In this document: in pieces, positions 52,646 through 60,988 of the stretch
Numbering within the stretch: the stretch's first letter is position 1
Layout: every line of letters begins with the position of its first letter
From: Dehalococcoidia bacterium
Lineage (GTDB): Bacteria > Chloroflexota > Dehalococcoidia > SM23-28-2 > RBG-16-64-32
DNA length: 61,636 nt
Assembly: GCA_041481535.1 (NCBI GenBank)
Contig: JBGPBZ010000002.1
Span: 1 to 61,636 of the forward strand
Direction of reading: 5' to 3'
Notes under the pieces: generated by a model
Seen by the model: the letters and a program-made list of their open reading frames with translations, nothing else
Database searches by the model: none
Told to the model about the DNA's origin: nothing
Program-made: the position numbers and the translations under genes

Positions 52646-53485
52646 GTGAGCAACATGGTTTCGTCCCCGACGGCCGGCGCCCAGACCTCCGCGAAGACAC
52701 CGCCGCCGCCGCTCCAGCTCGACCGCACGCCGAAGCACGTTGCGATCATCATGGACGGGAACGGGCGCTGGGCGCGCAGCCGCGGCAAGCCCCGCCTTTT
52801 CGGCCACAAGGCCGGCACGGAGAATATCCGGCGCGTGATCGAACGCTTCGCCGACTACAACGTCTCGCATCTCACGCTCTACGCCTTCTCGACCGAGAAC
52901 TGGGACCGCCCGCGGTACGAAGTGCGCGGCCTGATGGCGCTCCTTTCCCGCTTCCTCAAGCGCGAGACGAAGAACCTCCACGAAGAGGGCATCCGCCTGG
53001 TGCACATCGGCGACCTCTCGCCGCTGAGCACGAAGTTGCAGCGGCAGATCGCCGAGGCGATCGAGCTGACGAAGGACAACCAGCGCATGACGCTCGCGAT
53101 CGCCTTTAACTACGGCGGCCGGGCGGAGATCGTCGATGCGGTGAAGCGGATCGTGGCTGCGGGCGTGCCGGCCGAGCAGATCGACGAAGCGCTGTTCGAC
53201 CGCTATCTGTTCACACGCGGCATCCCGGATCCCGACCTGATCATCCGCACCGCTGGTGAGATGCGCATCTCGAACTTCCTGCTCTGGCAGGGCGCGTACG
53301 CGGAGTTCTGCTTTACCGAGGTCTACTGGCCTGATTTCGACATCCAGCACATCGACGAAGCGCTGGGCGCTTACAACGGCCGCCGCCGCCGCTTCGGTGG
53401 CCTGCTCCCGGACGAGCTCGACGCGCCCTCGCGCAACGGCAACGGCGCGGCGCCGGGCGTGAACGGCAACGGCCACAAGCCGTAG
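52646..53485 (+). CDS. uppS: Isoprenyl transferase (undecaprenyl diphosphate synthase)
   Basis: HVAIIMDGNGRWA...TLYAFSTENW. Start is GTG 52646 or ATG 52655. Confidence 0.9.
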   Translation: MSNMVSSPTAGAQTSAKTPPPPLQLDRTPKHVAIIMDGNGRWARSRGKPRLFGHKAGTENIRRVIERFADYNVSHLTLYAFSTENWDRPRYEVRGLMALLSRFLKRETKNLHEEGIRLVHIGDLSPLSTKLQRQIAEAIELTKDNQRMTLAIAFNYGGRAEIVDAVKRIVAAGVPAEQIDEALFDRYLFTRGIPDPDLIIRTAGEMRISNFLLWQGAYAEFCFTEVYWPDFDIQHIDEALGAYNGRRRRFGGLLPDELDAPSRNGNGAAPGVNGNGHKP

Positions 53486-53495
53486 CCAGCGCCTG

Positions 53496-54299
53496 ATGCT
53501 CGCGCAGAGACTCCTCACCGCCGCTATCGGCATACCAATCATCGTCGGTGTGATTTACGTCGGCGGGCACGTTTTCACCGCCGTCGTCTGCGTCATTCTC
53601 GCGATTGCGGCGATCGAGTTCGTGCACATGATGACGCGCGCCGAACGTCCGCTCTGGCGTCCGAACCCGGTGGCGATCGTTGCCGCGGGCGGCGCAGCGG
53701 CGCTGCCGATCGCAGTGGATGCCGGTGTCGAGTGGCCGCCAGAGTTAGCGATCATAGTTGGCATCGCGATGCTGTACATCCTCGGGCGCGGCGCGCCGAA
53801 GTTCGCGTTGCCCTGGTGGGCTGCTGTCCTTGCAGCGGTTGCTTACGTTGGGTTACTGGGGTCGTACTTCGTGCTGCTGCGCGACCTGGACGACGATAGG
53901 AACTGGGTGTTCTGGGCCGTGCTCGCGACGTGGGGGACGGACACCTGCGCTTACGCGGTCGGGAAGCTGGTGGGGCGACATAAGATGGCGCCCAGCATCT
54001 CGCCGGGGAAGACGTGGGAGGGGACGATCGGCGCGCTTGTGGGTGGGTTGGTGGTTGTCGTTGCGCTGGGTTGGGCGCTGCCCCTGCCGGTCAGCTTAGG
54101 AGAGGCGGTTCTGCTCGGGCTGTTGCTCCCGACGGTGGCGGTGATGGCGGACCTGGGCGAATCGGTGCTCAAACGGAGCGCAGGGGTGAAGGACACGAGT
54201 GAGCTTGTGCCGGGCCACGGGGGCTTTCTGGACAGGCTGGATTCGCTGCTGTTTACGGTGCCTCTGGTATACTACGTAGCGGTGTGGGTTGTTCAGTAG
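53496..54299 (+). CDS. cdsA: Phosphatidate cytidylyltransferase
   Basis: Signature SVLKRSAGVKDTSELVPGHGGFLDRLDS. Confidence 0.9.
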   Translation: MLAQRLLTAAIGIPIIVGVIYVGGHVFTAVVCVILAIAAIEFVHMMTRAERPLWRPNPVAIVAAGGAAALPIAVDAGVEWPPELAIIVGIAMLYILGRGAPKFALPWWAAVLAAVAYVGLLGSYFVLLRDLDDDRNWVFWAVLATWGTDTCAYAVGKLVGRHKMAPSISPGKTWEGTIGALVGGLVVVVALGWALPLPVSLGEAVLLGLLLPTVAVMADLGESVLKRSAGVKDTSELVPGHGGFLDRLDSLLFTVPLVYYVAVWVVQ

Positions 54300-54363
54300 C
54301 CACAGATGAATGTAGATCGCACTCCCACCCGTTCCTCCTTCCAACGCCCTCCTTTCTTGTCGT

Positions 54364-55542
54364 ATGAAGCTAACTAAAGTCGCCGTCCTCGGCTCTACCG
54401 GCTCCGTCGGGAGACAGACGCTGGACGTTATCCGCTCGCTGCCGGGACGGTTTAACGTGATCGCACTGGCGGCAGGCTCCGACGTGACGACGCTGGAGCA
54501 GCAGGCGCGCGAGTTCAAGCCGCGGATGCTCTTCTGTGACCGCGAACGCGAGTATATCGACGACCGCATCCGCGACGGCAGCATCAGCGGCAAGTGGGCA
54601 TCGATGGAGACGATGGCTGCGCACCGCGATGTCGATCTCGTCGTCGTGGCGACGTCTGGTGCGGCTGGGCTGGCGCCTTCGCTGGCGGCGGCGCGCGCCG
54701 GCAAGAAGATCGCGATCGCCAACAAGGAAGTGCTTGTTATGGCGGGGCACATCCTGACGGCGGAGGCGCGTCGCTCGGGCGCTGAGCTGCGACCGGTCGA
54801 CTCGGAGCACTCGGCGATCTGGCAGTGCCTGTGGGGTGAGTCGCCGGACTCGGTTGAGCGGCTCGTAATCACGGCTTCCGGCGGTGCGCTGCGAGATGTT
54901 CAACCTGAGCAACTGGAACGTGTGACGGCAGAGCAGGCGCTCCGGCATCCGAACTGGCAGATGGGCAAGAAGATCACGGTGGATAGCGCTACGCTGCTGA
55001 ACAAGGGCCTGGAGTGCATCGAGGCGCGCTGGCTGTTCGACGTGCCGCTGGACCGGATCGAAGTCGTCCTCCACCGCGAAAGCATCGTGCATTCGCTCGT
55101 GGAGTTCCGTGACGGATCGGTTAAGGCGCAACTGGGGGTGCCGGACATGCGTCTACCCATACAGTGCGCCCTTACCTACCCCGAACGCGTCCCGGAAGCC
55201 AACGTGCCGCGCCTCGACTTGAAGTCGATCGGTACGCTGACGTTCGGCATACCGGACTACCAGAGGTTCCGCTGCCTGGCCCTCGCCCTCGAGGCGGGGA
55301 AGCGTGGCGGGACCGCGCCGGCCGTCCTCGCCGCGGCGGACGAGATAGCGGTAGAGAACTTCCTGGCGGGCTACATCCGATTTACAGACATCGCGCACAT
55401 CATCGAAGCGACGCTGGACGCCCACAGCGAGATAGGGAATCCCTCTCTGGAGCAGGTGCTGGAGGCGGACGCGTGGGCGCGGGCTTATGCGAAGAACCAG
55501 GTAGAGAAGTCGCCGGCGCCGGTGAGAACGTATTCAAGATGA
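54364..55542 (+). CDS. dxr: 1-deoxy-D-xylulose 5-phosphate reductoisomerase
   Basis: VAVLGSTGSVG..TLDV, NKE.LV..G and DSEHSAI.Q. Confidence 0.95.
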   Translation: MKLTKVAVLGSTGSVGRQTLDVIRSLPGRFNVIALAAGSDVTTLEQQAREFKPRMLFCDREREYIDDRIRDGSISGKWASMETMAAHRDVDLVVVATSGAAGLAPSLAAARAGKKIAIANKEVLVMAGHILTAEARRSGAELRPVDSEHSAIWQCLWGESPDSVERLVITASGGALRDVQPEQLERVTAEQALRHPNWQMGKKITVDSATLLNKGLECIEARWLFDVPLDRIEVVLHRESIVHSLVEFRDGSVKAQLGVPDMRLPIQCALTYPERVPEANVPRLDLKSIGTLTFGIPDYQRFRCLALALEAGKRGGTAPAVLAAADEIAVENFLAGYIRFTDIAHIIEATLDAHSEIGNPSLEQVLEADAWARAYAKNQVEKSPAPVRTYSR

Positions 55543-55550
55543 GAACGATG

Positions 55551-55631
55551 ACAAACCGACAAACCGGCAAACCCACAAACCCCGAACGCGAACCTCGGTT
55601 TGCCGGTTTGCCGGTTTGCCGGTTTGTGGGG
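55551..55631. repeat. Long imperfect palindrome built from CAAACCG / CGGTTTG heptamers
   Basis: Read directly: acaaaccgacaaaccggcaaacccacaaaccccgaacgcgaacctcggtttgccggtttgccggtttgccggtttgtgggg. Confidence 0.8.
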
Positions 55632-55654
55632 CGTCGGGGACCCCGGGGTGACGC

Positions 55655-56812
55655 ATGGACATCCTGATCCACTACATCCTCCCGTTCGTCGGGATGCTGG
55701 TCGCGCTCATCGTGATCCACGAGGCCGGTCACTACGTGACAGCCAAGCTGTTCGGGATCAAGGTGCTGGAGGCGGGCCTCGGCTATCCTCCACGCCTGAA
55801 GGGGTGGGAGTGGAAGGGGACGATCTATTCGATCAACCTGCTGCCGCTGGGAGGGTTCGTGCGGCTGCTTGGCGAAGAGGACCCGTCCGACCCGCAGAGC
55901 CTCGCGGCGCAGGCGGCATGGAAGCGGATCATCGTTCTCGCCTCCGGTGCGTTCATGAACTTCGTGCTGCCCGTGGTGCTGTTCACGATGGTCTTCCTGA
56001 TCCCGCGCGACGTGCCGAAGGGCCCGGCGGTGATCGACGTTGTCGAGCAGAACTCGCCGGCCGCGCAGGCGCAGCTGTTCCAGGACGGGAGTCCGCTAAC
56101 GGACGTTGGCCTGAAGTCGGGCGATGTCATCCTCAACATCAACGGCCACGAGATCAAGAACACGCAGGACGCCGGGCGCTACATACGCCTCAACCAGGGC
56201 AAGACGCTCGAGTTCCAGATCCAGCGGACTGATAGCAGCGGAGGCTCCGTCTTGCTCACGGCGAAAGCAGAGTCGAGGTGGGACCCGCCGTCCGGACAGG
56301 GGCCGACCGGCATCCAGATACGAGATAGAGTGACGGGCGCTACGATCTGCCAGGGGCAATCGCCGCCCTCGCAGTGCTACGACAACGAGCACTTTGGGCT
56401 AATCACTTCGGTTCAAAAGGGCTGGACGGCGACGGTGGAGTCGCTACAGCTGGCGCGGAACCAGGTGATCGCGATGTTCAAGGGCGGCGGCGGGCCGTCG
56501 GTCGCGGGCCCGGTGGGTATCGCGCAGGCCACGGGCGAAGTCGTCAAGGAAGAGGGCTGGGTGACGTTGCTCCAGTTCGCGGCGCTGCTCTCGCTGAACC
56601 TGGGGATAATCAACATCCTGCCGTTGCCGATGCTGGACGGCGGCCGCATCTTCTTCGTGCTGATCGAGATCGCACGGCGAGGCAAACGCATCGCGCCGGA
56701 GAAGGAAGCGATCGTGCACCTCGTGGGGCTGGCGCTTATCATAACGATGGCGATAGCGGTGACCTATGTAGACGTCGCGCGCCTGATAAGCGGAAAGAGC
56801 CTCTTCTCATGA
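55655..56812 (+). CDS. rseP: RIP metalloprotease RseP (M50 site-2 protease) with a PDZ domain
   Basis: HEAGHY motif near the N-terminus, plus a C-terminal NLLPLPMLDGG-like block (NILPLPMLDGG). Confidence 0.9.
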   Translation: MDILIHYILPFVGMLVALIVIHEAGHYVTAKLFGIKVLEAGLGYPPRLKGWEWKGTIYSINLLPLGGFVRLLGEEDPSDPQSLAAQAAWKRIIVLASGAFMNFVLPVVLFTMVFLIPRDVPKGPAVIDVVEQNSPAAQAQLFQDGSPLTDVGLKSGDVILNINGHEIKNTQDAGRYIRLNQGKTLEFQIQRTDSSGGSVLLTAKAESRWDPPSGQGPTGIQIRDRVTGATICQGQSPPSQCYDNEHFGLITSVQKGWTATVESLQLARNQVIAMFKGGGGPSVAGPVGIAQATGEVVKEEGWVTLLQFAALLSLNLGIINILPLPMLDGGRIFFVLIEIARRGKRIAPEKEAIVHLVGLALIITMAIAVTYVDVARLISGKSLFS

Positions 56813-56870
56813 TCCTTCGACTTCGGCTGGCGCCGAGCTCAGGACGAGCGCAGAAGCGAGCGCAGACACC

Positions 56871-58100
56871 ATGAACGACGAACCTTTCGCGTTAGCAGCG
56901 CGGCGCAAGACACGGCCCGTGCACGTCGGCGACGTGCAGGTGGGCGGTGACGCGCGGGTCGTCGTGCAGACGATGACGAATACGGACACCGCCGACGCGA
57001 AGGCCACGGTTGAGCAGATCGCGCGACTGGCGGACGAAGGCGCGGAGATCGTGCGCATCGCGGTGCCTGACAAACGCGCGGCCGCGGCGGTTCCCGAGAT
57101 CGTCGCGAAGACGCCGGTACCGCTGATCGCAGACATCCACTTCGACCACCGCCTGGCGCTTGAGGCGATCAAGGGTGGCATTCACGGCCTGCGCCTGAAT
57201 CCCGGCAACATCCGCGACGCCGACAAGGTGCGCGAAGTCGTGAAGGCGGCGCAACCGCGTGGCATCTCGATCCGCATTGGCGTAAACGAGGGGTCGCTGC
57301 CGCCGATCCCCGCGCTCGCCGACGGTGAACTGCCGCCGAGCAAAGTAAGCCGCATGGTGGACGCCGCGCTCTGGGAGATCGGCGTGCTGACGGAGATGGG
57401 CTTCGAGGACATCAAGCTCTCGATGAAAGCGTTTGACGTGCCGACGATGGTCAGCGCTTACCGGGCGATCGCGCCGAAGATTCCGTACCCGCTGCACCTC
57501 GGCGTGACCGAGGCCGGGACGCCGGGCTCGGGCTCTGTGCGTTCGGCGGTGGGCATCGGCGTGCTGCTGGCGGAGGGCATCGGTGACACGATCCGCGTGT
57601 CGCTGGCGGCGGATCCGGTGGAAGAGCTGCCGGTCTGCTGGGACATCCTGAAGTCGCTCAACCTGCGTCAGCGGGGCGCGACGATCGTCGCCTGCCCGAC
57701 CTGCGGCCGGATCGAAGTGGACCTGATCCCGCTGGCGAACAAGGTGGAGGAAACGTTCAAGCTGATCGGCAAGCCGATCACAGTCGCCGTGATGGGGTGC
57801 GTGGTGAACGGCCCCGGCGAATCCCGTGACGCGGACATCGGTCTCGCTGCCGGCAAGGGTCGCGGCGCGATCTTCCGCAAGGGCGAGGTCGTCCGCGTCG
57901 TGCAAGAAGACCAGTTCATGACCGCGCTGCTCGAAGAGGGCGCGAAGGTCATCCTGGAGCGCTTCGGTGAGACGATCGACATCTCGAAGTTGGACCTCGA
58001 GCTGCCGGCGTCCAACGGTGGATCGAGCGATGAGTTGATCTCGCTGACGGCGGTTGGGGCGTCGCCGAAGCTTCCCGGGCGCGCAGCGCGCCGCGGCTAG
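56871..58100 (+). CDS. ispG: 4-hydroxy-3-methylbut-2-en-1-yl diphosphate synthase
   Basis: VQTMTNTDT...RIAVP...ACPTCGR...GCVVNGPGE. Confidence 0.95.
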   Translation: MNDEPFALAARRKTRPVHVGDVQVGGDARVVVQTMTNTDTADAKATVEQIARLADEGAEIVRIAVPDKRAAAAVPEIVAKTPVPLIADIHFDHRLALEAIKGGIHGLRLNPGNIRDADKVREVVKAAQPRGISIRIGVNEGSLPPIPALADGELPPSKVSRMVDAALWEIGVLTEMGFEDIKLSMKAFDVPTMVSAYRAIAPKIPYPLHLGVTEAGTPGSGSVRSAVGIGVLLAEGIGDTIRVSLAADPVEELPVCWDILKSLNLRQRGATIVACPTCGRIEVDLIPLANKVEETFKLIGKPITVAVMGCVVNGPGESRDADIGLAAGKGRGAIFRKGEVVRVVQEDQFMTALLEEGAKVILERFGETIDISKLDLELPASNGGSSDELISLTAVGASPKLPGRAARRG

Positions 58101-58192
58101 TCCACTTCGATTTCGACTGGCACCGGCTCCGGATTCGGCTTGTAGAGCCAGAACGCCAGGTACGCGAGAAGCGTCACGATATCAGAAATCAC
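58097..58192 (-). CDS. Candidate 31-aa small membrane protein (unannotated small ORF)
   Basis: Hand translation: MISDIVTLLAYLAFWLYKPNPEPVPVEIEVD*. The GTG overlaps the VOC stop (GTGA). It fills the whole gap down to the ispG stop. GC3 is about 22/31. Confidence 0.35.
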   Translation of the reverse strand: MISDIVTLLAYLAFWLYKPNPEPVPVEIEVD

Positions 58193-58929
58193 GCTCTGCA
58201 GACGCAGAATTCGTTGCCGGCCGGGTCGAGCATGACGGTCCATTGCATCGGACCTTTCGTGTACGCCTGGACGACGGTGGCGCCGAGCGCGGCGAGACGC
58301 TCGACCTCGGGCTGAACTTCGGGAGCGCCGAGGTCGATGTGAATGCGGTTCTTCGCAGTCTTTGGCTCGGGTACGGTCTGGAAGAAGATGACCGGTCCAC
58401 CGCTTGACGAGTCCGCGGCGATGCCCGGGTCGTCCTCGAGGTCCGTGATGCCGAGCGACTTCAGCCGCGCGATCTCTTCATCGTCGTAAGGGCGGACGCT
58501 GTAGTCTTCGAGCGCGGCCGTCCAGAACTTCGCGACCGGGAACGGCCTGGCGGTATCTAAGACGATTTCGACAAGTCGCGGGCGTTCCGTCTCCTGCTGC
58601 CCCTGCTGGATGCAGAACTCACCGCCCTCGGGGTCTTGCATGAGCGTCCACTGCCGCCCTTCGTGGTCGAAGTCCTGCACCTTCGTCGCGCCGAGGGAGA
58701 TGAGGCGCTCCACGTGCTTCTCGTGGTTGTGCGCGGCGAGCTCGAGGTGGACGCGGTGCTTCGCAGTCTTACCCTCCGGCACCTGCTGGAAGAACATCAT
58801 CGGGCCGGCCTCGGAGCGGATCAGGACGCCGCTCGGATCGTCGGAGTAGCCCTCCATCGCCTGCGCCCAGAACTTCGACATCGTCCCGGGATCGGCGCAA
58901 TCGATTGTGATGCAGTGCAAGGTACCCAT
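58189..58929 (-). CDS. VOC-family (glyoxalase-like) two-domain protein
   Basis: 246 aa made of two repeats of the pattern ..D.....FW..A.....D......FFQ.VPE.KTAK.R.H..L. Confidence 0.75.
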   Translation of the reverse strand: MGTLHCITIDCADPGTMSKFWAQAMEGYSDDPSGVLIRSEAGPMMFFQQVPEGKTAKHRVHLELAAHNHEKHVERLISLGATKVQDFDHEGRQWTLMQDPEGGEFCIQQGQQETERPRLVEIVLDTARPFPVAKFWTAALEDYSVRPYDDEEIARLKSLGITDLEDDPGIAADSSSGGPVIFFQTVPEPKTAKNRIHIDLGAPEVQPEVERLAALGATVVQAYTKGPMQWTVMLDPAGNEFCVCRA

Positions 58930-58938
58930 GTGTGCGGG

Positions 58939-60582
58939 CTACATGAACTCGTAGCCGCCCATGATGCCGGGGGGCTCCTGGTCCATGATCACGTTCACGC
59001 AGGCGGGCTTGCCGCTGGCGATGGCGCGCTCGATGGCGGGGCGGATTTCGTCCGGTTTGGTGACGTACTCGCCGTGGCCGCCCATGCCCTCGACGATCTT
59101 GTCGTAGCGGCAGTTGTCGCCGAGCATGCTGGCGACGGCGCGCTCTTTGCCGTACATCGCTTTCTGGCCGACGGCGATCTGGCCCCACTGGCGGTCGTTG
59201 CCGACGATGGAGACGACGGGGATGTTGAAGCGCACGAACGTGTCGAAGTCGAAGCCGTTGAGGCCGAAGGCGCCGTCGCCGTTGACCATGATGATGCGCT
59301 TGTTGGGGTAGACGGAGTTGATCGCCATGCAGAAGCCGGTGCCGACACCCAGCGTTCCGAACGGGCCCGGGTCGAACCACTGGCCGGGCAGGTTGACTGG
59401 CAGGACCTTCGAGGCGTGGGAGACGATGTCGCCGCCGTCGCCGACGACGATAGTGTTCTCGTCGACGAAGTTGGCGATCTCGGCGCAGAGGCGGAGCGGG
59501 TGGATCGGCTCACGGTCGCTGGCCATCCACTCTTCCATCTGGGCGCGGGTCTTGTTCTCGCCGTCGCGGAGCTCGTCCAGCCAGGGCTTGTGATCGTATT
59601 TGGAGCCCTCGAGCTCGGCGGTGATCGCGCCGAGGAAGGCGCGAGTGTCGGACTCGATCGGGATCTGGATGTCGCGGTTGCGGCCGAGCTCGATCGGATC
59701 GTTGTCGACCTGGATGATCGTGGCTTCGGGGTTGAAGCGCTTGCCGTAAGCGAGGCGGAAGTCCATCGGGGTGCCAATGACGACGACGGCGTCGGCCTTG
59801 GAGAGGGCGTTGCGACGGCTGCGGTTGTAGAAGAGCTCGTGCTCCTGGGAGATCGAGCCGCGGCCCATCGCGTTGAGGTAAACGGGCGCCTGCAGCAGCT
59901 CGACGAAGCGGCGCAGCTCTTCGTGGGCCTCGGCCCAGTAGACGGCGGAGCCGGCCATGACGACGGGGCGCTCGGCCTTGCGGAGGACGTCGGCGGCCTT
60001 CTTGATGACGGCGGGATCGGGGTAGATGTGGCCGAGCGGGCGGTAGGACTCAGGGAAGTAGACGCTGTCCTCCTCCACCTTCTTGAAGAGGACGTCGGTG
60101 GGGATCTCGAGGAAGGCGGGGCCCTGGCGGCCGGTGAGGGCGGCGCGGAAGCCGGCGGCGATGTACTCGGGGATGCGTTCTGTTTGATGGACGCACTTGG
60201 CGAACTTGGTGATGGGGCGGAGGAGCTCGGTGTGGTCCATGTCCTGGAGGGCGCCCATTTCGAAGCGGGCGAGGGGGCTGCGGCCGCCGATGATGAGCAT
60301 GGGGGATTTGTTGTGCCAGGCGTTGGCGATGGCGGTGACGCAGTCGGTGACGCCTGGGCCGGCGGTGACGACGCCGACGCCGCACTTGCGGGTTGCCCGC
60401 GACCAGCCTTCGGCGGCGTGGCCGGCGACCTGCTCGTGGCGGACGTCTATGATGCGGATGTTTTCGTCGATGCATGCGTCGTAGATGGCCTGCACGTGGC
60501 CGCCGCAGAGGGTGAAGATGGTATCGACGCCTTCTTGTTTGATGGCGCGGGCGACGAGGTCGCCGCCGTCAACGAGGGCCAT
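58939..60582 (-). CDS. Thiamine pyrophosphate-dependent enzyme (acetolactate synthase / oxalyl-CoA decarboxylase family)
   Basis: 547 aa with an N-terminal TPP-PYR block (HEQVAGHAAEGW..VTAGPG) and a C-terminal GDGAFG..N TPP motif. Confidence 0.85.
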   Translation of the reverse strand: MALVDGGDLVARAIKQEGVDTIFTLCGGHVQAIYDACIDENIRIIDVRHEQVAGHAAEGWSRATRKCGVGVVTAGPGVTDCVTAIANAWHNKSPMLIIGGRSPLARFEMGALQDMDHTELLRPITKFAKCVHQTERIPEYIAAGFRAALTGRQGPAFLEIPTDVLFKKVEEDSVYFPESYRPLGHIYPDPAVIKKAADVLRKAERPVVMAGSAVYWAEAHEELRRFVELLQAPVYLNAMGRGSISQEHELFYNRSRRNALSKADAVVVIGTPMDFRLAYGKRFNPEATIIQVDNDPIELGRNRDIQIPIESDTRAFLGAITAELEGSKYDHKPWLDELRDGENKTRAQMEEWMASDREPIHPLRLCAEIANFVDENTIVVGDGGDIVSHASKVLPVNLPGQWFDPGPFGTLGVGTGFCMAINSVYPNKRIIMVNGDGAFGLNGFDFDTFVRFNIPVVSIVGNDRQWGQIAVGQKAMYGKERAVASMLGDNCRYDKIVEGMGGHGEYVTKPDEIRPAIERAIASGKPACVNVIMDQEPPGIMGGYEFM

Positions 60583-60660
60583 GGTGGGGCTCCTTCTGTA
60601 GTGCGGGGTGTTAGGTGTGAGGCGAGGTTTGCGGGGGTAAGGATAGCACGAGGGCGCTCG

Positions 60661-60727
60661 GGAGTAGCCAGTAGCAAGTAGCGAGTAGCAAGTAGGGAGT
60701 GGCGAGTGGTGGGTGGCGAGTAGGGGG
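60661..60727. repeat. Tandem heptamer array (AGTAGCA/AGTAGCG/AGTGGCG units)
   Basis: Read directly: ggagtagccagtagcaagtagcgagtagcaagtagggagtggcgagtggtgggtggcgagtaggggg. Confidence 0.8.
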
Positions 60728-60988
60728 GAGTTGGGAGATGGGGGAGGCGGGCAAGGCGGGAGGGGAAATTGTTTGGCAAAAATGCGTTCCCGGAATGCGC
60801 GTGGGGTGGACGTGACAGTTGGGTATTGACAGGCTTGGGTGGGCTGGCAGCGACGGAGCGGATTAGGGGATGCGGCCTAGGCTGCGCTCTCCTTCGCGAG
60901 CCTAACGGTGCGCGGAGGAAGTGGCGTGGTGGCCTTCGCCGTTTCGAGGGTCCAAGTTAACACCGAGGTTGGCTGCGAGCCGCCTAAG

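Noticed and set aside
841-60727. Short tandem arrays interpreted as CRISPR arrays or as coding repeats.
   Set aside because: The units are 7-9 nt with no spacers and no cas genes. The ORFs that run through them (for example the N-terminal extensions of 42232..43686, 44896..46389 and 13150..14598) translate to implausible sequence and overlap better-supported starts.
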